Positions 40,009-46,330 of a DNA stretch of 52,864 nucleotides are shown here, in pieces. The position numbers and the translations under genes are program-made. The stretch lies in NCBI GenBank assembly GCA_965201075.1, contig CBDAVP010000010.1:186001-238864 (forward strand), read 5' to 3'. The stretch comes from Isosphaeraceae bacterium (GTDB lineage: Bacteria; Planctomycetota; Planctomycetia; Isosphaerales; Isosphaeraceae). Positions within the stretch are counted from its first letter, which is position 1. Each line of letters starts with the position of its first letter. The notes under the pieces were generated by a model. It was not told where the DNA came from. It did not search any database and saw only the letters and a list, made by a program, of their open reading frames with translations.

Positions 40009-40953
40009 TCAGAACGAGTCGCCGTCGACAACCTCCCCCCCCGCCCTCGTGCCGATCGCGAGCCAGACGGACAGTGCGATTTCATCTCGGATGAACTGGG
40101 TGTGTCCATCCAGCAGCAAGCCATGCGCCCCTCCACGATGGCGACTCCCCGCGGTGACGGCAATGATGCTGGATTGTTCACTCGCAACGCAAGTCGATCC
40201 ATTCGGACTGTTCAAATGGTTGTACCCCGAGGCAATTAAGCTGCCGATCAACCATTGCAAGCCCTTGCCCGAAAAATGAGACGGAGTGATCGCGGGATTG
40301 ACTTCGCGACAGAGCGAGACAAACCGGGCCTGGTCGGCCGGACTCGACTCTTCGGAAACCGAGTAGGTTAATGTCGATGGGTCGTTGCTCCCTTCGAAGA
40401 CGCCTCCGGTGACCCATTCGCTGATCGCCATGGTCTGGCTCAACCCGTCGGAGATCTCGCCCGAGGTCAGTGGCTTGTTCACGAAAACGCCAGTCTGCCC
40501 GGCGTCCCGCGACGTGCCAGGACCATAGTTTCCCGCGTAATTTGGGGGGATGCCCACGGCATCCATCGGCCTTGAGGCTTGAGATGGACAGAGGAACGCG
40601 CTGATGGAAGTCTTCACGGTTGTCGAGTTTTCGACCTCGCAATCGCCCAGGACAACCAGGTTCGTCGCGTTATAGAGTGCGGTTTGTTCGAGGTAGGGCA
40701 GGATCTTGACCAGGAAGGAATAGGCGCCGCCAAAGGATCTACGGGGGAAGACTTCAAAATCCACCTCATGAGCGTGGAGCGCGATACCAAGTGCCTTGAG
40801 GTGGCTTTGGCACTCAGTCCGCCGAGCCGCTTCCCGGGCCGATTGCAAGGCGGGCAGAATCAGCCCGATCAACACGCCAAGAATCGTAATCACGACAAGG
40901 AGCTCGATCAGGGTAATCCCCGGTCGGATCCGCATGCGTGCCTGGCGGTTCAT
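40009..40953 (-). CDS. DUF1559 prepilin-type N-terminal methylation protein
   Basis: GITLIELLVVI, PALQSAREAARRTEC, FLCPS, DGLSQT and the H-X9-DG motif HRGGAHGLLLDG. Confidence 0.93.
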   Translation of the reverse strand: MNRQARMRIRPGITLIELLVVITILGVLIGLILPALQSAREAARRTECQSHLKALGIALHAHEVDFEVFPRRSFGGAYSFLVKILPYLEQTALYNATNLVVLGDCEVENSTTVKTSISAFLCPSQASRPMDAVGIPPNYAGNYGPGTSRDAGQTGVFVNKPLTSGEISDGLSQTMAISEWVTGGVFEGSNDPSTLTYSVSEESSPADQARFVSLCREVNPAITPSHFSGKGLQWLIGSLIASGYNHLNSPNGSTCVASEQSSIIAVTAGSRHRGGAHGLLLDGHTQFIRDEIALSVWLAIGTRAGGEVVDGDSF

Positions 40954-41077
40954 CGTTGCTTCTCCTTCCTGATCGCGTATTGCAACGTGGCTTTGCACCG
41001 AGCCGTTCCACGTCGGATGCCCGTCTGGAGAATCTCGGCAAGGGACCGCTCCTCGGAGGAGCTGCGGCGGAACTCAG

Positions 41078-43195
41078 TCAGCGGCGTTCGCCCTTGTGGG
41101 CGATGTCCTTGGCGGGGATGACGAAGTCGTCCGGGGGGCTGGTCGATTCTTCTTCCCAAAGGCCGCGGCTTTCCGTGAGGTCGGCCAGGTGGAGGTTGAG
41201 GCCCTGGAGGCGGGCCGAGGCGAGGTTGGCGCCCCGGAAGGAAGCGCCTCGGATGTCGGCTCCCCGGAGGTCGGCCTTGGTCAGGTCGGCGTCGGCGAAG
41301 TTGGCGCCTCGAAGGTCGGTTTTGGTCAGGTCGGCACCGGGGAGGTGGGCGTCTCGCAGGTCGGCGCGGGCGAGCGACGCTCGCGGAAGGCGGGCCTGGG
41401 CGAGGGTGGCCCCGCGGAGGTTGGCGCCTTCGAGCTTGGCGTCGGTGAGGTCGGCCTTGGTCAGGTCGGCGCCTTCGAGGATGGCTCGGCGAAGGTCGGC
41501 CCTGGTGAGGTCGGCCTCGGGCATGTGGACCTCCCGCAGCGAGGCGTGGCGGAGGTCGGCCGATTGGAGTTCGGCGAGGTCGAAACGGGAGCGGTGGGTG
41601 TTGGCTCCTCGAAGGTTGGCCCCTCGGAGGTTCGCGCCCCGGAGGTCGGCCTCTCGGAGGTCGGCGTTGCGGAGGTCGGCGTTCTTGAGGTAGGCGTTGG
41701 CCAGGAAAACCCCGTAGGCATCGGCGTAGCGCAGGTTGCGACCGCCGAGGTCGGCCCCCTTGACCTCCTTGAGCTGGTGAATCGGGACGTCGCCGCCGTT
41801 CCAGTTGGCCGGCTTGGTGGAGACGTCGGAGTTGTCGAGGGTCGCGAAGGTGTCGAAGCCGATGACGGCGAAGGCTCGCGGAATCCAGGTGCGGGGGTCG
41901 CCGTCGGGGTGGCGGACGACGAACTGGGCGATCTCGGAGTCGACGAGTTGGGGGTTGATCCCCTCGATCCCCCCGACCGACAGCAACGCGAAGACCGACG
42001 CCGACACGGTGGCGATGACAAGGTGACGGGCTCGGGCGTCCCTCCAGGGGCGGCGCCAGGTGAAGGGCGGCAGATCGCCCCCCTGGAGAGTCTGGACGGC
42101 CAGACGGAGGAAGCCCAAACCCAGGGCGATGGAGGCCGAGAGCAAGCCAATGTGGAAGCCCGTGACCCACCAGTCATGGGCGCTGAGGTAGCGGCCCCAG
42201 ACCCACAGTAAGGTGAGCGGGACCAGTCCCCAGCCCAGCAGGAATGACAGGCGCGCTTGCCAGAGGGCGACTCCGGAGCGTCGATTGCGGAGGCGGTCAA
42301 CGTAAACGCGGACCATCCCGTTGAGCAGCGAGGGGTAGGATTTGCGGTCGAGCGGGTGGCCGTCGGGGAAGACCGCCGGCAGCGCGGCGAGTTCTTCCCA
42401 GAGCCGCTGAAGGTTCAACTGGAAGTAGCAGAAGAGGCACAGCAGCAGCGGCGGAACCATCTGGTAGAAGCGGAACAGGGGGATGTCGATTCCCAGGATG
42501 GGCAGTTTGGAGGAAGCGGGGGAGGCGTTGTTGATGAGTTGAAAGTCCTTGGTGGAGACGATGGTGAGCCAGGTATAGGCGCAAAGGCCAATCACGGTGA
42601 ACAAAACGCTCTGAGCGTTCTTGGAAGCTTCCTGGGCATTGGCCAGCCCCTCGAATTTGAGAATGGCATCGGGCAGTTTGGCGCCGGCGACGTTGGTCCC
42701 GCCAAGTTGCTCGCCCAGGAGGCCGAGGGAGCCGCCGAGGTCGGCGTCCTGGAGGTCGGCGGTGTGGAGGTCGGCCCCTTCGAGGTCGCAGCCGTGCATC
42801 TCGACGCCGCGGAGGTTGGCCCCTCGGAGGCAGGAGTCGGTAAGGTCGGCGTCCTGAAACTTGGCGCCTCGGAGGTCGGCGCCCTGGAGGTTGGCGTCGA
42901 CCAGTGTGGCGCCCTGGAAGTTCACCTTGCGCAGGCGGGCACCCTGGAGGTTGGCCTTAAGCAGTTCCGCGCCGGAAAGGTCGGCACCGGCGAGGTCGGC
43001 CTCGGCAAGGTCGGCTTCACGGAGGTTGACGCCCCGGAGGTTGGCCTTGCGAAGGTCGAGCTTGCGAAAGTCCGCCTTCCGTCCCGAGTCGCCGCCGGAT
43101 TGGATCCATTCGGCATGGGCCTGGACGGCCGCTTCCAGGGCCTCGGGGCTGTCAATGGCGGGGCGGGGTTCGGCCGGTTCGGCTTCGGCGGTCAT
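41078..43195 (-). CDS. Pentapeptide-repeat membrane protein
   Basis: Two blocks of A(D/N)LxX repeats flanking several TM helices. Confidence 0.9.
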   Translation of the reverse strand: MTAEAEPAEPRPAIDSPEALEAAVQAHAEWIQSGGDSGRKADFRKLDLRKANLRGVNLREADLAEADLAGADLSGAELLKANLQGARLRKVNFQGATLVDANLQGADLRGAKFQDADLTDSCLRGANLRGVEMHGCDLEGADLHTADLQDADLGGSLGLLGEQLGGTNVAGAKLPDAILKFEGLANAQEASKNAQSVLFTVIGLCAYTWLTIVSTKDFQLINNASPASSKLPILGIDIPLFRFYQMVPPLLLCLFCYFQLNLQRLWEELAALPAVFPDGHPLDRKSYPSLLNGMVRVYVDRLRNRRSGVALWQARLSFLLGWGLVPLTLLWVWGRYLSAHDWWVTGFHIGLLSASIALGLGFLRLAVQTLQGGDLPPFTWRRPWRDARARHLVIATVSASVFALLSVGGIEGINPQLVDSEIAQFVVRHPDGDPRTWIPRAFAVIGFDTFATLDNSDVSTKPANWNGGDVPIHQLKEVKGADLGGRNLRYADAYGVFLANAYLKNADLRNADLREADLRGANLRGANLRGANTHRSRFDLAELQSADLRHASLREVHMPEADLTRADLRRAILEGADLTKADLTDAKLEGANLRGATLAQARLPRASLARADLRDAHLPGADLTKTDLRGANFADADLTKADLRGADIRGASFRGANLASARLQGLNLHLADLTESRGLWEEESTSPPDDFVIPAKDIAHKGERR

Positions 43196-43707
43196 CGAGG
43201 ATTCCAAGGCTCTCTCGCCTCCGTGGCTCGTCGGGGCTCCCGACCGGTTCCTTTGCGGTGCCATCCTGGGTCCAAACTCGGGAACGGCTGGACTCGGGGT
43301 GCGAGTCTCGGCGGGGTGGGGAGTTTGGGAACTCCGTGAGCGGAATGGGATGACGACGATGGTCGAGACGGAAGGTCGCACCGGGTTATACGGGAAACCG
43401 GCGGTGGGACGTCAAGTTCCTCGGGCCGATTTTGGAGCGATTGGAACGGAGACGCGTTCTCACTACTGACTCCGAGGAGGGGCTGGGCGGATCGCCAGTT
43501 GCGCAGAACTCCGTTTGACGTGGCATTGGCACCGGCTCGGGCCGGGGGTGGTCCTGGCTGATAATCGTGGCGAATTCCCAGAATTCCTGACCAGGGGCGC
43601 GAACATCGCGCGGGGGTTGGGCGTCTATCGAGTGCGGACGGACGACGCGGCCCATGATGGGTCGCGATCCCTCTGGTTCGCGGCTTTTGGAATCAGTGAG
43701 GTCCGCA

Positions 43708-43809
43708 ATGGCGTCGCGGTGGAACTGTCAAGGCTGCGAACATCGACGGGCCGGCCTCCTGAGTGGCCGACCGATCGTTGCGCCTTGTTCCGATCCGAAT
43801 CGACGGTGA
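43708..43809 (+). CDS. Candidate leader peptide (33 aa) of the tRNA array
   Basis: GAGGT a few nt before ATG 43708; MASRWNCQGCEHRRAGLLSGRPIVAPCSDPNRR*; the stop lies 36 nt before the terminator stem. Confidence 0.45.
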   Translation: MASRWNCQGCEHRRAGLLSGRPIVAPCSDPNRR

Positions 43810-43844
43810 GACCCGGCCGACTCTGACCTTTTGTGGTCGGTTGG

Positions 43845-43878
43845 GGCCCGGTGTCGCGAGACGGCCGGGCCTTTTTTT
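43845..43878 (+). terminator. Intrinsic terminator immediately upstream of the tRNA array (candidate attenuator)
   Basis: GGCCCGGTGTC-GCGA-GACGGCCGGGCC hairpin followed by T7, ending 12 nt before the first tRNA. Confidence 0.8.
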
Positions 43879-43890
43879 GTTTCCGGTCCT

Positions 43891-43962
43891 GGGCCGGTAG
43901 CTGAGATGGATTAGCGGCGGCCTGAAAACCCGCAAACGTGGATTCGAGCGCCACCCGGCCCA
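43891..43962 (+). tRNA. tRNA-Phe(GAA), imperfect stems
   Basis: Acceptor GGGCCGG/CCGGCCC-A; loop CTGAAAA; C:C mismatch in the anticodon stem and A:G in the T stem. Confidence 0.65.
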
Positions 43963-43978
43963 CTTGGCTTGGCGTGCT

Positions 43979-44052
43979 GGCCCGTTCGTCTATTGGATTG
44001 AGGATGCCGCCCTTTCCAGGCGGAGGGGAGGGTTCGAATCCCTCACGGGCTA
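43979..44052 (+). tRNA. tRNA-Glu(TTC)
   Basis: GGCCCGT/ACGGGCT-A; CCGCC-CTTTCCA-GGCGG; GAGGG-TTCGAAT-CCCTC. Confidence 0.85.
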
Positions 44053-44069
44053 CTTCGGGAGAATCGGTT

Positions 44070-44143
44070 CAGGGCGTGGGAAAGTCGGGAAATCCGCCAG
44101 TCTGGGGGACTGGAGAGCGCCGGTTCCACTCCGGCCGCCCTGA
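44070..44143 (+). tRNA. tRNA-Pro(GGG)
   Basis: CAGGGCG/CGCCCTG-A; CCAGT-CTGGGGG-ACTGG; atypical T loop TTCCACT. Confidence 0.8.
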
Positions 44144-44156
44144 CTTTCGAGACAAT

Positions 44157-44230
44157 CGGGATGTGGGAAAGCCTGGAACTCCGCCTGGCCTGGGACCAGG
44201 AGACCGCCGGTTCGAATCCGGCCATCCCGA
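44157..44230 (+). tRNA. tRNA-Pro(TGG), C33
   Basis: CGGGATG/CATCCCG-A; CCTGG-CCTGGGA-CCAGG; GCCGG-TTCGAAT-CCGGC. Confidence 0.85.
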
Positions 44231-44249
44231 CTTGGCGGTGATCGTGACG

Positions 44250-44320
44250 CGGCCTGTGATTCAACGGCGGAACGAGCGGCGGATCACCGCTGGATCGAGG
44301 TTCGACTCCTCGCGGGCCGA
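44250..44320 (+). tRNA. tRNA-Ile(GAT)-like, G33
   Basis: CGGCCTG/CGGGCCG-A; AGCGG-CGGATCA-CCGCT; CGAGG-TTCGACT-CCTCG. Confidence 0.65.
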
Positions 44321-44351
44321 TGGGTGGTGCGGTGCGGAGCGGCGTGGTGTG

Positions 44352-44424
44352 GGGACTCAAGCTCTAGCGGCAGAGCACCCGGCGTTTACCCGGGGGGTTG
44401 AGGGTTCAAGTCCCTCGGGTCCCA
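44352..44424 (+). tRNA. tRNA-Lys(TTT), G33
   Basis: GGGACTC/GGGTCCC-A; D stem GCTC/GAGC; CCCGG-CGTTTAC-CCGGG; GAGGG-TTCAAGT-CCCTC. Confidence 0.78.
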
Positions 44425-44428
44425 CTCG

Positions 44429-44440
44429 GTTCCTTGACAA
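44429..44440 (+). promoter_or_regulatory. boxA-like antitermination element
   Basis: GTTCCTTGACAA in a spacer, resembling rrn boxA (TGCTCTTTAACA / GTTCTTTGAAAA type). Confidence 0.5.
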
Positions 44441-44461
44441 TCCGGTGTCGGCATTTCTTTC

Positions 44462-44532
44462 GTGCCCATGAGGTAGCGGTTGCCTACCGCCTCGCCAGGG
44501 CGGAAGTGCGGGTTCGATTCCCGCTGGGCACT
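44462..44532 (+). tRNA. tRNA-Gly(GCC), C33
   Basis: GTGCCCA/TGGGCAC-T (U73); CCGCC-TCGCCAG-GGCGG; GCGGG-TTCGATT-CCCGC. Confidence 0.78.
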
Positions 44533-44538
44533 TGAATC

Positions 44539-44600
44539 CGAGGTGTAGGCTCGCCTGGTTCGGGACCAGGAGACCGCCGGTTCGATTCCGGCCACCTCGC
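44539..44600 (+). tRNA. D-armless tRNA-Pro(CGG)-like
   Basis: CGAGGTG/CACCTCG; only TAGGCTCG between the acceptor and anticodon arms; CCTGG-TTCGGGA-CCAGG; GCCGG-TTCGATT-CCGGC. Confidence 0.65.
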
Positions 44601-44614
44601 TGGATGGAGTTCAT

Positions 44615-44689
44615 ACCGGGGATGCGTGAGCTGGTTCACGCGCCTCCCTGTTAAGGAGGAGTTCGCAGGTTCGATTCCTGCCCCCGGTG
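44615..44689 (+). tRNA. tRNA-Asn(GTT), extended D stem
   Basis: ACCGGGG/CCCCGGT-G; GCGTGA/TCACGC; CCTCC-CTGTTAA-GGAGG; GCAGG-TTCGATT-CCTGC. Confidence 0.8.
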
Positions 44690-44708
44690 CTGGCGGACGG
44701 GTCGTTGG

Positions 44709-44792
44709 GGAAGGGCAAGCCAATGGGTGATGGCAGCCGTTTCGAAAACGGCCGAGCGATGAGCCTTGTGGGTTCGACTCCCACCCCTTCCG
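44709..44792 (+). tRNA. tRNA-Ser(CGA)
   Basis: GGAAGGG/CCCTTCC-G; GCCGT-TTCGAAA-ACGGC; long variable arm; GTGGG-TTCGACT-CCCAC. Confidence 0.85.
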
Positions 44793-44812
44793 CTTCGCGA
44801 TGAGGTGAGTTG

Positions 44813-44884
44813 GTGTCCCTGGCCGAGCGGGCGAGGCACCGGCTTCCCAGGCCGGTCAGGCGGGTTCGACTCCCGCGGGGCACT
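44813..44884 (+). tRNA. tRNA-Gly(CCC)
   Basis: GTGTCCC/GGGGCAC-T; CCGGC-TTCCCAG-GCCGG; GCGGG-TTCGACT-CCCGC. Confidence 0.85.
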
Positions 44885-44885
44885 C

Positions 44886-44956
44886 TCGGGGATCGGCTAG
44901 CGGTAGGCTCCCCGGCTTTGAACCGGGCGGCGGAGGTTCGAATCCTCCTCCCCGAA
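44886..44956 (+). tRNA. tRNA-Gln(TTG)
   Basis: TCGGGGA/TCCCCGA-A; CCCGG-CTTTGAA-CCGGG; GGAGG-TTCGAAT-CCTCC. Confidence 0.85.
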
Positions 44957-45003
44957 CCTGGAGGCGTGAGGATGTGTCGGAAGGGTAACGCAAGCCAAGG
45001 GGA

Positions 45004-45078
45004 TCCGGGGCAGTTGCTGCTGGTAGTGACGCCTGGTTCTGACCCAGGAGGCCGCTGGTTCGATTCCAGCCCCCGGAA
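45004..45078 (+). tRNA. tRNA-Gln(CTG), extended D stem
   Basis: TCCGGGG/CCCCGGA-A; GTTGCT/AGTGAC; CCTGG-TTCTGAC-CCAGG; GCTGG-TTCGATT-CCAGC. Confidence 0.78.
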
Positions 45079-45109
45079 CTGAAGGGGGCGTCGCCCTCCC
45101 GAGATTGCT

Positions 45110-45185
45110 GCCCCCGGAGAGCGGGTCCGGGTCGCTCGCCATCCTGTCAAGGTGGAGGCCGTGGGTTCAAATCCCATCGGGGGCG
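45110..45185 (+). tRNA. tRNA-Asp(GTC), extended D stem
   Basis: GCCCCCG/CGGGGGC-G; GAGCGG/TCGCTC; CCATC-CTGTCAA-GGTGG; GTGGG-TTCAAAT-CCCAT. Confidence 0.8.
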
Positions 45186-45207
45186 CTGGAGATGAGGTTG
45201 CGACTTC

Positions 45208-45282
45208 GGCATGGTACGCAAACTGGCACAACGGCTCGGCTCAAACCCGGGTGTCCTGTGGGTTCGACTCCCACCCGTGCCA
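45208..45282 (+). tRNA. tRNA-Leu(CAA) with short variable region
   Basis: GGCATGG/CCGTGCC-A; CTCGG-CTCAAAC-CCGGG; variable region TGTCCT; GTGGG-TTCGACT-CCCAC. Confidence 0.78.
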
Positions 45283-45292
45283 CTTCCTTCAT

Positions 45293-45373
45293 GCGTCGGC
45301 TGGGCATGGGCGGGCCCGCGTGGCTGTAGACCACGTTCCCCTGGACCTGGCGGTTCGACTCCGTCCCGACGCA
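45293..45373 (+). tRNA. tRNA-Tyr(GTA)
   Basis: GCGTCGG/CCGACGC-A; CGTGG-CTGTAGA-CCACG; 13-nt variable arm; GGCGG-TTCGACT-CCGTC. Confidence 0.78.
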
Positions 45374-45399
45374 CTCAGTGGTCTCGCTCTGACTCGGAT

Positions 45400-45471
45400 G
45401 GCCCCGTCGTCTACTGGCCAGGACACCACCCTCTCAAGGTGGAGAGGCGGGTTCGATTCCCGCCGGGGCTA
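45400..45471 (+). tRNA. tRNA-Glu(CTC)
   Basis: GGCCCCG/CGGGGCT-A; CCACC-CTCTCAA-GGTGG; GCGGG-TTCGATT-CCCGC. Confidence 0.9.
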
Positions 45472-45489
45472 CTTTTTGCTTTTGCGAAT

Positions 45490-45573
45490 CGCCGGGTGGC
45501 GGAATGGCAGACGCGCGAGTTTCAGAAACTCGTGCCCAACCCGGGCGTGGGAGTTCAAGTCTCCCCTCGGCGA
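45490..45573 (+). tRNA. tRNA-Leu(CAG)
   Basis: CGCCGGG/CTCGGCG-A; TGGCGGAATGGCAGACGC D arm; CGAGT-TTCAGAA-ACTCG; long variable arm. Confidence 0.9.
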
Positions 45574-45590
45574 CTCTTTTGGTAGGCCAT

Positions 45591-45659
45591 CGCGGGCGGG
45601 CCGGTGCCCGGTCGAGTCTCATCAACTCGAATGGCCGGGATCGACACCCGGGCCCGCCA
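45591..45659 (+). tRNA. Atypical tRNA with CAT anticodon (Met/fMet-like)
   Basis: CGCGGGC/GCCCGCC-A (C1:C72); minimal GGGC-CGGT-GCCC D hairpin; TCGAGT-CTCATCA-ACTCGA; CCGGG-ATCGACA-CCCGG. Confidence 0.62.
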
Positions 45660-45679
45660 CTCTCGATTCGGCTGACGTT

Positions 45680-45752
45680 CGTCCCGTCGTCTAGCGGCCA
45701 AGGCGCCTGTCTTACAAACAGGGTATCGCAGGTTCGAGTCCTGCCGGGACGA
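45680..45752 (+). tRNA. tRNA-Val(TAC)
   Basis: CGTCCCG/CGGGACG-A; CCTGT-CTTACAA-ACAGG; GCAGG-TTCGAGT-CCTGC. Confidence 0.9.
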
Positions 45753-45781
45753 CTTTCAGGAGGGCATTGGTCTCGATCGAT

Positions 45782-45853
45782 GGGCGGCTGGTCCAAGGGG
45801 AAGACGCCTGGTTTGCACCCAGGAGATCGGGGTTCAATTCCCCGGCCGGTCCA
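45782..45853 (+). tRNA. tRNA-Ala(TGC), bulged acceptor stem
   Basis: GGGCGGC/GCCGGTCC-A with G3:U70 and one extra nt; CCTGG-TTTGCAC-CCAGG; CGGGG-TTCAATT-CCCCG. Confidence 0.78.
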
Positions 45854-45880
45854 CTGCGGTTGTCGGTTGATTCCTCCGTT

Positions 45881-45966
45881 GGAAGGTAGCCGGATACGGC
45901 TGGCCGGGCCCCGTTGCTAACGGGTGCGCCCGAAAGGGCGTGAGGGTTCGAATCCCTCGCCTTCCG
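45881..45966 (+). tRNA. tRNA-Ser(GCT)
   Basis: GGAAGGT/GCCTTCC-G; loop TTGCTAA; variable arm GCGCCC-GAAA-GGGCGT; GAGGG-TTCGAAT-CCCTC. Confidence 0.88.
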
Positions 45967-45989
45967 CTGTCGGTGGTTCAGGGAGTGAC

Positions 45990-46062
45990 GGTGCCCGTGG
46001 TGTAACGGAAGCACGTGAGGTTGTGAGCCTCAAGGCGACGGGTTCAACTCCCGCCGGGCACC
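45990..46062 (+). tRNA. tRNA-His(GTG) with encoded G-1 and C73
   Basis: G-GTGCCCG/CGGGCAC-C; TGAGG-TTGTGAG-CCTCA; T loop TTCAACT. Confidence 0.85.
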
Positions 46063-46081
46063 CTCGGTTGGCAGGAGTGTC

Positions 46082-46151
46082 AGGGGCGTCCTCCTGGGAG
46101 AGGACTCCGGTTCCAAACCGGAAGGACAGGGTTCAAATCCTTGCGCCCCTG
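46082..46151 (+). tRNA. tRNA-Trp(CCA)
   Basis: AGGGGCG/CGCCCCT-G; TCCTC/GAGGA D hairpin; TCCGG-TTCCAAA-CCGGA; CAGGG-TTCAAAT-CCTTG. Confidence 0.8.
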
Positions 46152-46167
46152 CTCGGTTTTCCCCGTT

Positions 46168-46241
46168 GCCCTCGGAGTGTGAGGGATATCGCACGCGACC
46201 CTCCGAAGGTCGAGGGCCAGGTTCGACTCCTGGCGAGGGCA
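46168..46241 (+). tRNA. tRNA-Arg(CCG)
   Basis: GCCCTCG/CGAGGGC-A; CGACC-CTCCGAA-GGTCG; CCAGG-TTCGACT-CCTGG. Confidence 0.85.
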
Positions 46242-46242
46242 C

Positions 46243-46313
46243 TCCCCGCGAGTGTGGCGGACGCACGGCGGTCTTCGAAGCCGCAAGGCCGGGTCCGACT
46301 CCCGGGCGGGGGA
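46243..46313 (+). tRNA. tRNA-Arg(TCG)
   Basis: TCCCCGC/GCGGGGG-A; GCGGT-CTTCGAA-GCCGC; atypical T loop TCCGACT. Confidence 0.72.
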
Positions 46314-46330
46314 ATCCGGTTTGTCACATT

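Noticed and set aside
41078..43100. Periodic 15/30-bp repeats (ggaggtcggc, aggttggc) that could suggest a CRISPR or tandem repeat
   Set aside because: They encode in-frame pentapeptide repeats; there are no unique spacers and no cas genes.
43515..43565. TTGACG and GATAAT as a sigma-70 promoter, or TGGCAC as a sigma-54 site, for the array
   Set aside because: The hexamers are ~39 nt apart and there is no TTGC at -12, so the promoter cannot be called.
44434..44465. TTGACA as an internal -35 element
   Set aside because: No credible -10 at 16-18 nt; the context fits boxA better.
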